Shown: positions 37,361 to 46,395 of the stretch, piece by piece
How positions within the stretch are numbered: the first letter of the stretch is position 1
How the letters are laid out: each line of letters starts with the position of its first letter
Assembly: GCA_029261405.1 (NCBI GenBank)
Contig: JAJDBK010000076.1
Span: 132 to 64,131, forward strand
Direction: 5' to 3'
Length of the DNA stretch: 64,000 nt
Source: Nitrospinaceae bacterium
GTDB lineage: Bacteria > Nitrospinota_A > UBA7883 > JAJDBK01
Position numbers and translations under genes: made by a program
The notes under the pieces: generated by a model
Databases searched by the model: none
What the model was told of the DNA's origin: nothing
Seen by the model: the letters and a program-made list of their open reading frames with translations, nothing else

Positions 37361-38764
37361 ATGCACACGATTCTTGTTGCGGACGACGAAAAAAGCATGA
37401 CCGAGTTTCTTGAGATCATGCTGACCCGTGAAGGATATGAAGTCATCACCACAGCAACGGCTGAAGGGGCGATTGAACAGTTGGAGAAGGGAGGTATCGA
37501 CCTGACCATTACCGATATAAACATGCCCACAGCCGGAGGCATGGCTGTGATGGAGAGAGCGCACACCCTCGACACGGAACTTCCCGTGATCATGATAACG
37601 GCCTACGCCTCCACAGAAAACGCCGTTTCGGCCATGAAACTTGGAGCGTACGACTATATAACAAAACCTTTCCAGGTAGATGAGATCAAACTGACCATCG
37701 CCAAGGCTCTGGAGCGACGTACGGACAAAGCTGAGATCAAACGGCTAAAAGAAGAGGTGACAGAGCGTTACAGTTTCGGAGGCATCCTGGGACGGTCGGA
37801 AAAGATGCTCGACCTTTTTCGCCTTATACAGAAGGTAGCCGACAGCCGTTCCTCCGTTCTGATCTCTGGTGAGTCGGGTGTTGGCAAGGAGATGGTGGCA
37901 AAGGCGATCCACTTTCTTTCACCCAACAAGAACGGTCCTTTCTATTCGATAAACTGCGGCGCCATGCCGGAGCAACTGCTCGAATCGGAACTGTTCGGAC
38001 ACCAGAAAGGCTCCTTTACCGGAGCGCACGCCGACAAAAGGGGTCTATTGGAACTCTCCGATGGTGGAGCTTTTTTTCTCGACGAGGTGGGAGAAGCGCC
38101 TCTTTCGATTCAGGTGAAACTATTACGATTTCTCCAGGAGCGTGAGTTCCGACGTGTCGGAGGGGTGAAGGATATAAAGGTGAGTCTGCGGGTTATAGCC
38201 GCCACGAATCGTAACCTGGAAGAGATGATCGCAAAAGGGGAGTTCAGGGAAGACCTCTACTACCGACTCAACATAATCAACCTTGAAATCCCCCCCCTCC
38301 GGGAGAGGCGTGTAGACATTCCGCTGTTGGCGGCGCGGTTTCTTGAACAGTTCGCTACAGCCAACAACCGTGTGATAACCTCCATATCGAGTGACGCCAT
38401 GAAACTGCTGGAAAATCATGGATGGCGGGGGAATGTAAGGGAGCTTGAAAACGTTATCGAACGCGCTGTGGTTCTGACATCGGGGCCTGTCATCGAGATT
38501 GACAGCCTGCCCGAGGAGATCAAGATCTCAAGTCCTGATCTTGAAAATGAGGAGATATCGATCCCGAACGGAGGAATCGACCTGGACGCAAAGGTCGAGG
38601 AACTCGAAAAAGACCTTCTTTTAAAAGCGCTCTCGAAAACAAAAGGAATCAAAAAAGAAGCGGCGAAAATTCTCAACCTCTCCTTCCGCTCTTTCCGATA
38701 CAAACTTTCCAAACACGGAATAGGCGGGCGAACCAAAGAGGGGGGGGAGCAGGGGGATGAATAG
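37361..38764 (+). CDS. sigma-54-dependent Fis-family response regulator (receiver, AAA+ sigma54 activation, HTH)
   Basis: Receiver (ILVADDEKSM...LTITDINMPTAGG). Walker A GESGVGKE and GSFTGA (GAFTGA variant). The C-terminal HTH is IKKEAAKILNLSFRSFRYKL. Confidence 0.85.
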   Translation: MHTILVADDEKSMTEFLEIMLTREGYEVITTATAEGAIEQLEKGGIDLTITDINMPTAGGMAVMERAHTLDTELPVIMITAYASTENAVSAMKLGAYDYITKPFQVDEIKLTIAKALERRTDKAEIKRLKEEVTERYSFGGILGRSEKMLDLFRLIQKVADSRSSVLISGESGVGKEMVAKAIHFLSPNKNGPFYSINCGAMPEQLLESELFGHQKGSFTGAHADKRGLLELSDGGAFFLDEVGEAPLSIQVKLLRFLQEREFRRVGGVKDIKVSLRVIAATNRNLEEMIAKGEFREDLYYRLNIINLEIPPLRERRVDIPLLAARFLEQFATANNRVITSISSDAMKLLENHGWRGNVRELENVIERAVVLTSGPVIEIDSLPEEIKISSPDLENEEISIPNGGIDLDAKVEELEKDLLLKALSKTKGIKKEAAKILNLSFRSFRYKLSKHGIGGRTKEGGEQGDE

Positions 38765-40901
38765 ACGACTGACCCCGATTATTCTGGCTCTATTTCTGGT
38801 AGTGGGGGCCTGCGCATCACCACCCACACCCAAACCTGTGGAGACAAAACCGGACGCGCCAGGGCTAAAACTGCCTATAGTTCGTTCCACAATTCCAGGG
38901 GAGGCGGATGCGGGCAACCTTTACCGCCAAGCGGAAAAGCTCTATTCCGAGCGGTTTTTCGAAAGAGCGGCCCAATCATATCTCACCTTCATAGCAAAAT
39001 CCCGTCCCGATAACCGCCTCATAGATAACGCTTATTTCAAGACTGGCCTGTCGTGGTTCGAGATCGGCAGGTACAAGGAAGCGCTCCACTATTTTACCGC
39101 TGTACTTGAGCGTTACAAAACCTCGGAGACAATTCTGGAATCGAAAATCAACGCCGCCATATGTCATTTCTACCTGCTCGAATACGCTCAGGCGGAAAAG
39201 CTGTTCGAGGAAGCCTTAGAAGAGATCGCAAGCCCCGGGCATAAAGCCTACATTCATTATTACAGGGCGCAGATAGCGGAGAAATCTTCCGATTTCACAA
39301 AAGCTGTTTCCCTTTATATCAAAAGCGAAATAATCGCCGAAAACGAACGTCTCATTTCATCGGCGAAGGAACGGACCGAGAGAATCCTTCACAACTTTTT
39401 TGGCGAAGGCGCCCTGTTGCTCATCACGAAAGAATACGCTGGCAGGTGGCCGGCGAAGTCGGCTTTCAACGAATTGCTGAATATTTACAGAAGATCAGGC
39501 GATTCTTCGTCCATGGAAAAGGCAAGGCGGGAATACCGACTGCAATTCCCTCCCGAAGAGGGCCAAAGGGGTCCGGCCTACGGAGTGGACGACTCGCACG
39601 TTCCCGATAATCCGAAGATCGGGGTGGCGTTGCCCATAACCGGTAACGGCGCAGACGCTGGCAGAGAGGTGCTTCAGGGCATCAACATCGCCTTCTCCGC
39701 ATTCCACACCCTGCTTACGGAAAAAGGGATAAAGATAATCATAAAGGACACCGCGAGCGAACCGGCCAAGGCGCTGACGGCGATGGAGCTTCTTTCCGAG
39801 GATCAGGATACCCTGGCGATAATTGGTCCCGTATTTTCCGACGCATTTGAGAGAGCCTCGGAAGTTTCAGGAAGATACCTCGTGCCGATCTTCAGCCCCT
39901 CCGCCACTGAAGAGGGGCTTGCAAGTAGAGGCGAAAGGCTGTTCCGCAACTCCCTGACCGCAGGCCTCGAAACCAGCAAGCTGGCCCGGTTGGCTACAGC
40001 TACGCTTGGCATATCGTCATTCGCCGTTCTCTATCCGAACAACACAAAAGGGGAAGAAACCTTTACATTGTTCATGAAAAGTGTGGAAGAGATGGGAGGG
40101 GAGGTAGTCGCCGCTGAAAGTTACAGCGAAAATCAGAACGATTTTTCCAAACAGATAAGGCAGATCGGAGGCAGATCGGACGATGAGTTGAGAGAAACCG
40201 TTCTAAAACTTTCGAAGGTGAAACCCGGAAGCGACATAGAAGAGCTGAACAGAATCATGCTCAACGCTAATGAGAGCGAGTTATCCCGGCCCGTTATTCT
40301 CAGCGCGGGAGAAGGAACCCTCACTAACAAAAACTTCCGGCCCGGTCTGATAACGGTTTATGATGCGGTGTACGTTATCGGTCCGGCTGATAAGACCGGC
40401 CTGATATTCGGCCAGCTCGCTTTTTACAATATAAAGAATGTCACCAGACTTGCGGGTAGTTCAGCCAACAGTGATATGTTCCTGACAACCGCCGAGCAAT
40501 ACGCCGATGGTGTGATCTTTGTGGACGGGTTTTTCAAGGACTCCAGCTCGACCGCTGTTCGCTCCTTTACCCGGAAGTACTCGCTGGCGTTTCGCGAGAA
40601 GCCAACTGCGGTAGCCGCCCAGGCGTACGATGCCGCCATGATTATCCTTTCCGGGATCGCTCATGGCGCAAATTCGAGAAAGTCAATGACCGAATATTTG
40701 CACAACTTGAGTTTCTTCGAAGGGGTTTCAGGCGTAACCTCGATAAACCAGGATGGCGACTCGGATAAAAAACTGACTCACCTTACCGTTTCGGAGGGAA
40801 AAATTATCGAATTCGATTCTGAAGCCGCTCAAACGGAAACGGAGGATGTGAAACAGTCCGTACCCGGAGAATCCACCCCAGCCGTATCTCCACTCCAGTA
40901 A
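38757..40901 (+). CDS. LpoA-like lipoprotein: N-terminal TPR region plus C-terminal type-I periplasmic-binding-protein (LivJ-like) fold
   Basis: Lipobox LFLVVGAC. TPR-like helical repeats cover aa 50-280. The C-terminus IGVALPITGNGADAGREVLQGINIAF...LAIIGPVFSDAF is a PBP1 fold. The start overlaps the EBP stop by 8 nt. Confidence 0.5.
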   Translation: MNRRLTPIILALFLVVGACASPPTPKPVETKPDAPGLKLPIVRSTIPGEADAGNLYRQAEKLYSERFFERAAQSYLTFIAKSRPDNRLIDNAYFKTGLSWFEIGRYKEALHYFTAVLERYKTSETILESKINAAICHFYLLEYAQAEKLFEEALEEIASPGHKAYIHYYRAQIAEKSSDFTKAVSLYIKSEIIAENERLISSAKERTERILHNFFGEGALLLITKEYAGRWPAKSAFNELLNIYRRSGDSSSMEKARREYRLQFPPEEGQRGPAYGVDDSHVPDNPKIGVALPITGNGADAGREVLQGINIAFSAFHTLLTEKGIKIIIKDTASEPAKALTAMELLSEDQDTLAIIGPVFSDAFERASEVSGRYLVPIFSPSATEEGLASRGERLFRNSLTAGLETSKLARLATATLGISSFAVLYPNNTKGEETFTLFMKSVEEMGGEVVAAESYSENQNDFSKQIRQIGGRSDDELRETVLKLSKVKPGSDIEELNRIMLNANESELSRPVILSAGEGTLTNKNFRPGLITVYDAVYVIGPADKTGLIFGQLAFYNIKNVTRLAGSSANSDMFLTTAEQYADGVIFVDGFFKDSSSTAVRSFTRKYSLAFREKPTAVAAQAYDAAMIILSGIAHGANSRKSMTEYLHNLSFFEGVSGVTSINQDGDSDKKLTHLTVSEGKIIEFDSEAAQTETEDVKQSVPGESTPAVSPLQ

Positions 40902-40909
40902 ACCGGTTA

Positions 40910-41614
40910 TCAGCGGTCCGCCGAAGTTAATGGGGATTTATCCATCACTTGCAAGACTCCGATACCGGAAAACTCGTCTGCGGTTTGCCACGTCATTCCG
41001 CCTTGAAAAAAAGACTTGAAATCAGTCAGATCCTCGAAAAACGGACGCTGGGTTTTATCAAACCTGGCTTTCCAGATTATGCGGCCATCTTCAGGGCTGA
41101 CCACAGCTACCGAAAAAGCTACCGACGCAGGTTTATCCGCCGTAAAATTTCCGCCTACACGCTCTTCATAGCGGGCGACATACCCGACAATAACCGCGTC
41201 CGCCCCCGTTTCCTTGGCTACTGAAACGGCTAGAGCGATGTCGAAATCGCCTCCATTATAGATTCTGTCTGTCACCTCGTTTACCTCTTCGGCTCCAACC
41301 AGCGTGAAACCACGCTCCGAGAGTTGAGCGCTGAAATGGTCGGCAATGGTCTCACCTGAGCCTGACAATACATCAGCGGGAGCGAAATTAAACCCGGTTA
41401 TGGGGCACAGGTTTCCGTCAGGAATTCCCTCCGCAAATTTAATAACGGCTACTTTTTTGATAGAGGAAATTGAAGAGTCAGTTGACCGTTCGGGTACCGT
41501 CACACCATGCCGGGACGAATAATCCCGGTGGCGGTGAGAGGAACATGAGACCAGCAGAACAGAACAGATAATAATCGTTACCAGGGATCGAACAGCAGTA
41601 TCGAACTTGTTCAT
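40910..41614 (-). CDS. lipoprotein with LpoB/TolB-N-like fold (COG3417-type)
   Basis: Lipobox LLVSC. GETIADHFSAQLSERGFTLVG...ADAVIVGYVARYE...EDGRIIWKARFD aligns by eye with the E. coli LpoB core (ATETLRNAL..GKFTLVS...AHYVLYS...TGEIIWSGK). Confidence 0.45.
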   Translation of the reverse strand: MNKFDTAVRSLVTIIICSVLLVSCSSHRHRDYSSRHGVTVPERSTDSSISSIKKVAVIKFAEGIPDGNLCPITGFNFAPADVLSGSGETIADHFSAQLSERGFTLVGAEEVNEVTDRIYNGGDFDIALAVSVAKETGADAVIVGYVARYEERVGGNFTADKPASVAFSVAVVSPEDGRIIWKARFDKTQRPFFEDLTDFKSFFQGGMTWQTADEFSGIGVLQVMDKSPLTSADR

Positions 41615-41635
41615 GGAACCTCCTTTGTCGTAATG

Positions 41636-42121
41636 TCAGCTAACACCGTTATTTTTCAGGTAATGTCCGCTCTTCCCCCCGCTCTTTTCCATCAGCGAAA
41701 TATCGGTGATAACTATCTCCTTATCGACCGACTTTACCATGTCGTATACGGTCAATGCGCAAACGCTCACCGCCGTCAAAGCGTCCATCTCAACGCCGGT
41801 CTTTCCGGTAGTCGAAACTTTCGCGGTTATCTTTATGGAAGATCGCTCAGGCTCCGGCGTAAGGTTGACCTCCACACCCGAGATAAGAATTGAGTGGCAT
41901 AGAGGTATCAGGTCGTCTGTTTTCTTCGCCGCCATTATTCCCGCCAATCGGGCGGTTTCAAGGACATCACCTTTGGCGATTTGTCTGTCGAGAACAAGTT
42001 TCAGGGTTGAGTCTTTCATAATGATCCATCCCTCCGCCACGGCGTATCTTCCTGTATCGTCTTTGCCAGAGATATCGACCATCCTGGCTCTCCCCTTCTC
42101 ATCGAAATGGGTCAGGCTCAT
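41636..42121 (-). CDS. moaC: cyclic pyranopterin monophosphate synthase accessory protein
   Basis: LTHFDEKGRARMVDISGK...LIPLCHSI...MDALTAVSVCALTVYDM is a canonical MoaC. Confidence 0.85.
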   Translation of the reverse strand: MSLTHFDEKGRARMVDISGKDDTGRYAVAEGWIIMKDSTLKLVLDRQIAKGDVLETARLAGIMAAKKTDDLIPLCHSILISGVEVNLTPEPERSSIKITAKVSTTGKTGVEMDALTAVSVCALTVYDMVKSVDKEIVITDISLMEKSGGKSGHYLKNNGVS

Positions 42122-42633
42122 CGTAAGACCTTTCGTTCTATATATTCTGCGATCAACTCCGCGTTATCTCTTGAGAAGAGCGGCCTGTCGTAAATTGTTT
42201 CTACAGAGGGTTTATCAGTAATATATGCGATGGTCATACCGTCATCCTCCTCGCCAACGCTTTCGATTTCACCAAGAAAGACAAGCCTGGGGACAAGCTC
42301 CCTTTGGAAACCTTCCACCACTATTATATCAACCTTACCCGCAAACATCGCCACCAACTCTGAAAGCTCAGGTTTTGTCGAAGGGCGGCTCATGTAACCT
42401 AAAAACGTATCGGAGGCCAGAATCACAGGTTCCGCGCCAGCTTTGTGGAACCTCTCCGAGTCTTTCCCCTCCTTGTCGATCATCACAATGTGATGTGTTC
42501 TTTTTATCGCGCCAACCCTGATTCCTCGTTTGGCGAATGTGGCTACAAGTTTTTCTATAAGGGTGGTTTTTCCACTACCGGAACGGCCTGTGATTAAAAG
42601 AACGGGTATTTGGTCTGGCAAATGGTTTAGCAT
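42118..42633 (-). CDS. mobB: molybdopterin-guanine dinucleotide biosynthesis adapter protein
   Basis: PVLLITGRSGSGKTTLIEKLV...GAIKRTHH P-loop typical of MobB. There is a 4-nt overlap with moaC. Confidence 0.8.
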   Translation of the reverse strand: MLNHLPDQIPVLLITGRSGSGKTTLIEKLVATFAKRGIRVGAIKRTHHIVMIDKEGKDSERFHKAGAEPVILASDTFLGYMSRPSTKPELSELVAMFAGKVDIIVVEGFQRELVPRLVFLGEIESVGEEDDGMTIAYITDKPSVETIYDRPLFSRDNAELIAEYIERKVLR

Positions 42634-42661
42634 ATTCTGATTATTCTAATATTATTTTGAT

Positions 42662-42916
42662 ATGGCGATCATAAAGTTCTTCGCATCGATAAAAGAGCGG
42701 GTCGGCTCCGGTGAGCTGGAAATTCCGGTTGACGAGAGCGGCGAGACTGTCAGATCGCTTATGGAGCGGGTCGCAAAAACGCTAAACCTCAACTCCGACA
42801 TTCTTTTGAACAAGACTGTTCTCTACGCCGTGAACCAGAAGATGAGTGACATTGATGACAAGGTAACCGATGCGGATGAAGTCGCCCTGCTCCCTCCCCT
42901 CTCAGGTGGTTGCTGA
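42662..42916 (+). CDS. moaD: MoaD/ThiS-family sulfur-carrier protein ending ...SGG-C
   Basis: 84 aa beta-grasp size. The C-terminus is LLPPLSGGC, a Gly-Gly followed by one extra Cys before the TGA. It lies immediately upstream of and overlapping moaE. Confidence 0.7.
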   Translation: MAIIKFFASIKERVGSGELEIPVDESGETVRSLMERVAKTLNLNSDILLNKTVLYAVNQKMSDIDDKVTDADEVALLPPLSGGC

Positions 42917-43332
42917 TGGCAAACCTTCAGAGAGCCGATTTCGATGTCGGAAAACTTGTAAGGGAGCTTGTGGAAAAAGAGAGAAGAACCGGCGGGGTGG
43001 TGACTTTTCTCGGAACGGCAAGGGAGTTTTCGAAAGGCCGGAATATTTTACATCTCGAATTCGAGAGTTATGCGGGGATGGCGATAGCAACGCTTGATCG
43101 ACTGGAGAGAGAGGCTGTATCGAATTTTGGTATCCTGCACTGCCGGATCGTTCACCGGACAGGAAAGATCGGGATTGGCGAAAATATCGTGCTTGTCATC
43201 GTAACAGCCATGCACAGGAAAGACGCGTTTACAGCCTGCGAATGGGCCATTGACGAACTGAAAAAGAGGGTTCCGATCTGGAAAAAGGAGTTTACCGATA
43301 ATGGCGAAGAGTGGGTGGAGCAACATCCCTGA
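42910..43332 (+). CDS. moaE: molybdopterin synthase catalytic subunit
   Basis: GGVVTFLGTAREFSKGRNILHLEFESYAGMA...HRTGKIGIGENIVLVIVTAMHRKDAF is a MoaE signature. Confidence 0.8.
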   Translation: MLMANLQRADFDVGKLVRELVEKERRTGGVVTFLGTAREFSKGRNILHLEFESYAGMAIATLDRLEREAVSNFGILHCRIVHRTGKIGIGENIVLVIVTAMHRKDAFTACEWAIDELKKRVPIWKKEFTDNGEEWVEQHP

Positions 43333-43333
43333 C

Positions 43334-44533
43334 ATGATTACAAGAGATCGCGCCAACGAGATTATCCGCGAAAACGTAAAACCCTCAAAACTGACCGAAT
43401 CGATCCCTCTGGAAAACGCGCTGGGCGCGGTTCTAGCCGACGACGTATATACCGACATCGACACGCCCCCTTTTACCCGTGTGACAATGGACGGTTACGC
43501 TGTTATCTCCTCAGACAGGATGGAGAAACGGGAAGTGATCGAATATGCGCCAGCCGGGGTTTTACCAAAAATAACCGTTACCCCCGGCAAAGTTTCACGG
43601 GTCATGACCGGCGCCCCACTGCCGGAAGGCGCCGACGCCGTTATACAGGTCGAAAATAGCGGAGGGTTCGTCGAGGTCGGAGACATTGCCACGATTCTGG
43701 CCTCTGTAGACTCTGGCGCCAACGTTTCAAAACAGGGGGAGGATATTAACAAAGGCGAAAAAATCCTCGACAAAAACCTCCTGATAACCACAACGATTAT
43801 GACAGCTCTGGCGGGGGCGGGTCTCGACCCCGTGACTGTCGTAAAAAAGCCGACGGTCGCTCTGCTCTGCACAGGTGACGAACTGGTTGATCCGGGGCAA
43901 ACTCCGGGTCCCGGGCAGATCAGAAACAGCAACGCATATACAATGATCGCCCAGATGAAAGAGCTTGGCATCGACCCTGTCAACCTCGGAGTGGCCAGGG
44001 ATGATATAAACGATCTGGTAAATAAATTGGAGGCGGGATCGCAATACGATTTTCTGCTCGTCTCAGGCGGGGTATCCGCCGGGGACAAGGATCATGTTCC
44101 TCCTACTCTCGAAAAACTTGGGTATCGTACAAAGTTTCACAAAGTAAAAATTAAACCGGGCAAACCGCTCCTTTTTTGTGTGAAAGATGGGGGCGGCTAC
44201 GCATTTGGTCTGCCGGGAAATCCGGTCTCCACATTTGTCTCGATAGAGCTTTTTATCAAACCTGCGATAAAACGGTTCATGGGCTTGCCGTTTGAGGATA
44301 CTTTGACGGTAAAGGCCGTCCTTGCCGGTGATTACAAAAGAAAAAGCGGTGAGCGGGAGGAATTTGTCCCTGTGTCACTCGAATTCGTCGGAGATCGGTA
44401 CAGATCGACACTTTTACGATATCATGGTTCGGCTCATGCGTTGGCGCTGACCAAAGCAAACGCCCTGATGAGGGCGCCTGTCGGCGTAACTTTCATCGGC
44501 AAAGGGTCTTTGGTCGATGCGCGGTTTTTTTAG
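43334..44533 (+). CDS. moeA: molybdopterin molybdenumtransferase
   Basis: VTMDGYAV, GEDINKGEKIL and the C-terminal MoeA domains. The ATG at 43334, 1 nt after the moaE stop, is preferred over the upstream in-frame extension. Confidence 0.8.
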   Translation: MITRDRANEIIRENVKPSKLTESIPLENALGAVLADDVYTDIDTPPFTRVTMDGYAVISSDRMEKREVIEYAPAGVLPKITVTPGKVSRVMTGAPLPEGADAVIQVENSGGFVEVGDIATILASVDSGANVSKQGEDINKGEKILDKNLLITTTIMTALAGAGLDPVTVVKKPTVALLCTGDELVDPGQTPGPGQIRNSNAYTMIAQMKELGIDPVNLGVARDDINDLVNKLEAGSQYDFLLVSGGVSAGDKDHVPPTLEKLGYRTKFHKVKIKPGKPLLFCVKDGGGYAFGLPGNPVSTFVSIELFIKPAIKRFMGLPFEDTLTVKAVLAGDYKRKSGEREEFVPVSLEFVGDRYRSTLLRYHGSAHALALTKANALMRAPVGVTFIGKGSLVDARFF

Positions 44534-44557
44534 TAACGGAGAGGAGGCTTAAAATCC

Positions 44558-45304
44558 ATGGCGGGACATTCAAAATGGGCCGGCATCAAGCACAAAAAAG
44601 CGATCATAGACGCCAAGCGCGGCAAGGTGTTTACGAAACTCGCCAAAGAGATAACTGTGGCGGCCCGTTTAGGTGGCGGCGACCCGAAAGCCAATCCGAG
44701 GCTTCGCACAGCCCTTGTCAAGGCGCGATCCCTCTCCATGCCAAACGATAATATCGAAAAGGCGGTAAAAAAAGGGACAGGTGAACTCGAAGGGGTGACC
44801 TACGAAGAGATCTCTTACGAAGGCTACGGTGTTAACGGTGTGGCGGTAATGCTCGATACAGTGACCGACAACAGGAACAGAACCGTGGCGGAGATACGGA
44901 CGGTCTTCGGCAAAGCCGGGGGACAACTTGGCGATAACGGTTGTGTCAACTGGCTCTTCGACAAGAGAGGTCTGATAATCGTCGATCGGGAGGCCATGGG
45001 AGAAGATGACCTGATGGAGGCGGCGATAACGGCTGGCGCCGACGACATTGTTACGTCTGAAAAAATATATGAGATCTACACCGAGCCTGACGATCTGGAG
45101 GCGGTGCGATCGGAGCTTGAATCCGACGGGTTAAAAATCGAATCTGCGGAGGTCTCCATGATACCGAAAGATACAGTGAAGATCGAAGATGTGGAGGCGG
45201 CGAAAAAAATTATTCACCTGATGGATAACCTCGAAGATCACGACGATGTCCAGAATGTCTCCGCCAACTTCGACATCCCGGACGAAATCCTCGAGTCACT
45301 TTAA
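44558..45304 (+). CDS. yebC: YebC/PmpR-family DNA-binding transcriptional regulator
   Basis: MAGHSKWAGIKHKKAIIDAKRGKVFTKLAKEITVAARLGGGDP is a canonical N-terminus. Confidence 0.85.
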   Translation: MAGHSKWAGIKHKKAIIDAKRGKVFTKLAKEITVAARLGGGDPKANPRLRTALVKARSLSMPNDNIEKAVKKGTGELEGVTYEEISYEGYGVNGVAVMLDTVTDNRNRTVAEIRTVFGKAGGQLGDNGCVNWLFDKRGLIIVDREAMGEDDLMEAAITAGADDIVTSEKIYEIYTEPDDLEAVRSELESDGLKIESAEVSMIPKDTVKIEDVEAAKKIIHLMDNLEDHDDVQNVSANFDIPDEILESL

Positions 45305-45316
45305 CCCGGATCAGTA

Positions 45317-45799
45317 GTGATAGTTATAGGCGTTGACCCCGGAACCCATGTCACAGGATACGGCGTGGTCTCCGAAGAGAGAGGTCTCATGTCGTGCCAC
45401 TACTGGGGGGTTGTTACAACCAGACCACGCGATCAGATGTATCTTCGGTTGCGACAGATCGCCGACGGGTTACGACAGGTTATCCGCGAATATTCGCCCG
45501 ATTGCCTCGCGTTGGAAGAGAGTTTTTTCGCCAAGGACCCAAAGGCCGCTCTCAAGCTTGGACAAGCGCGAGGCGCCATCATGCTGGTGGCCGCTGAAGA
45601 GGGACTGCTTTTTGACGAATATTCACCGCTCAAGATAAAAGAGACCGTGACAGGATACGGGCGGGCGGAGAAAACACAGGTCCAGCTTATGGTAAGAAAT
45701 CTTCTCAGGCTCGACGAGTCCCCGACCCCCCTCGATGCGTCTGACGCGCTGGCTGTGGCCATAACCCACCTTACCTTATCAAAGATAAAAAGATTATGA
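45317..45799 (+). CDS. ruvC: crossover junction endodeoxyribonuclease RuvC
   Basis: IVIGVDPGTHVTGYGVV...EESFFAKDPKAALKLGQARG. Confidence 0.9.
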   Translation: MIVIGVDPGTHVTGYGVVSEERGLMSCHYWGVVTTRPRDQMYLRLRQIADGLRQVIREYSPDCLALEESFFAKDPKAALKLGQARGAIMLVAAEEGLLFDEYSPLKIKETVTGYGRAEKTQVQLMVRNLLRLDESPTPLDASDALAVAITHLTLSKIKRL

Positions 45800-46395
45800 T
45801 CGCTCACCTGGCCGGAAAGGTTCTCTACAAAAACCCCGATTCGACCGTTATCGATGTAAACGGAGTCGGATATCATGTCATGGTGTCAGTGAACACCTTC
45901 TGCGCCCTCCCTGATCATGGGTCTGAAATTTCGTTGTTCATACATACCCATGTGAGAGAGGACGCTCTGCTCCTTTTCGGGTTTTCCGGGACAAAGGAGC
46001 TTGAGGTTTTTAAACGGCTCATCGGAGTGACTAAAATTGGGCCAAAACTTGCCATGACGATTCTCTCCGGGGCGCCTCCCGAAAGGTTCGTCGATGCGGT
46101 TATAAACGGTGACAAGACGGCTCTCTCCGCCATACCGGGTGTCGGGAAGAAGACCGCGGAACGGATCATAATGGAGCTTGCCGACAAATTCGCGGGATTC
46201 GGATCAGGCATTGGCGGGGAGCCTGTTACACCGGTAAACAGGGTTGCCGAAGATACAGTTTCCGCTCTGGTCTCTCTCGGTTATAAAAGAGCCGTGGCGG
46301 AAAAAGCGGCCAACAAAGCCATAGGCGCCCTGCCATCAGCCGACATCGAAACAGCTCTCAAAAACTCGTTGGCTATCCTGTCGAGCGGCGTTTAA
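45796..46395 (+). CDS. ruvA: Holliday junction branch migration protein RuvA
   Basis: MIAHLAGKV...VIDVNGVGYHVMVS, HhH motifs and the C-terminal domain III. There is a 4-nt overlap with ruvC. Confidence 0.9.
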   Translation: MIAHLAGKVLYKNPDSTVIDVNGVGYHVMVSVNTFCALPDHGSEISLFIHTHVREDALLLFGFSGTKELEVFKRLIGVTKIGPKLAMTILSGAPPERFVDAVINGDKTALSAIPGVGKKTAERIIMELADKFAGFGSGIGGEPVTPVNRVAEDTVSALVSLGYKRAVAEKAANKAIGALPSADIETALKNSLAILSSGV

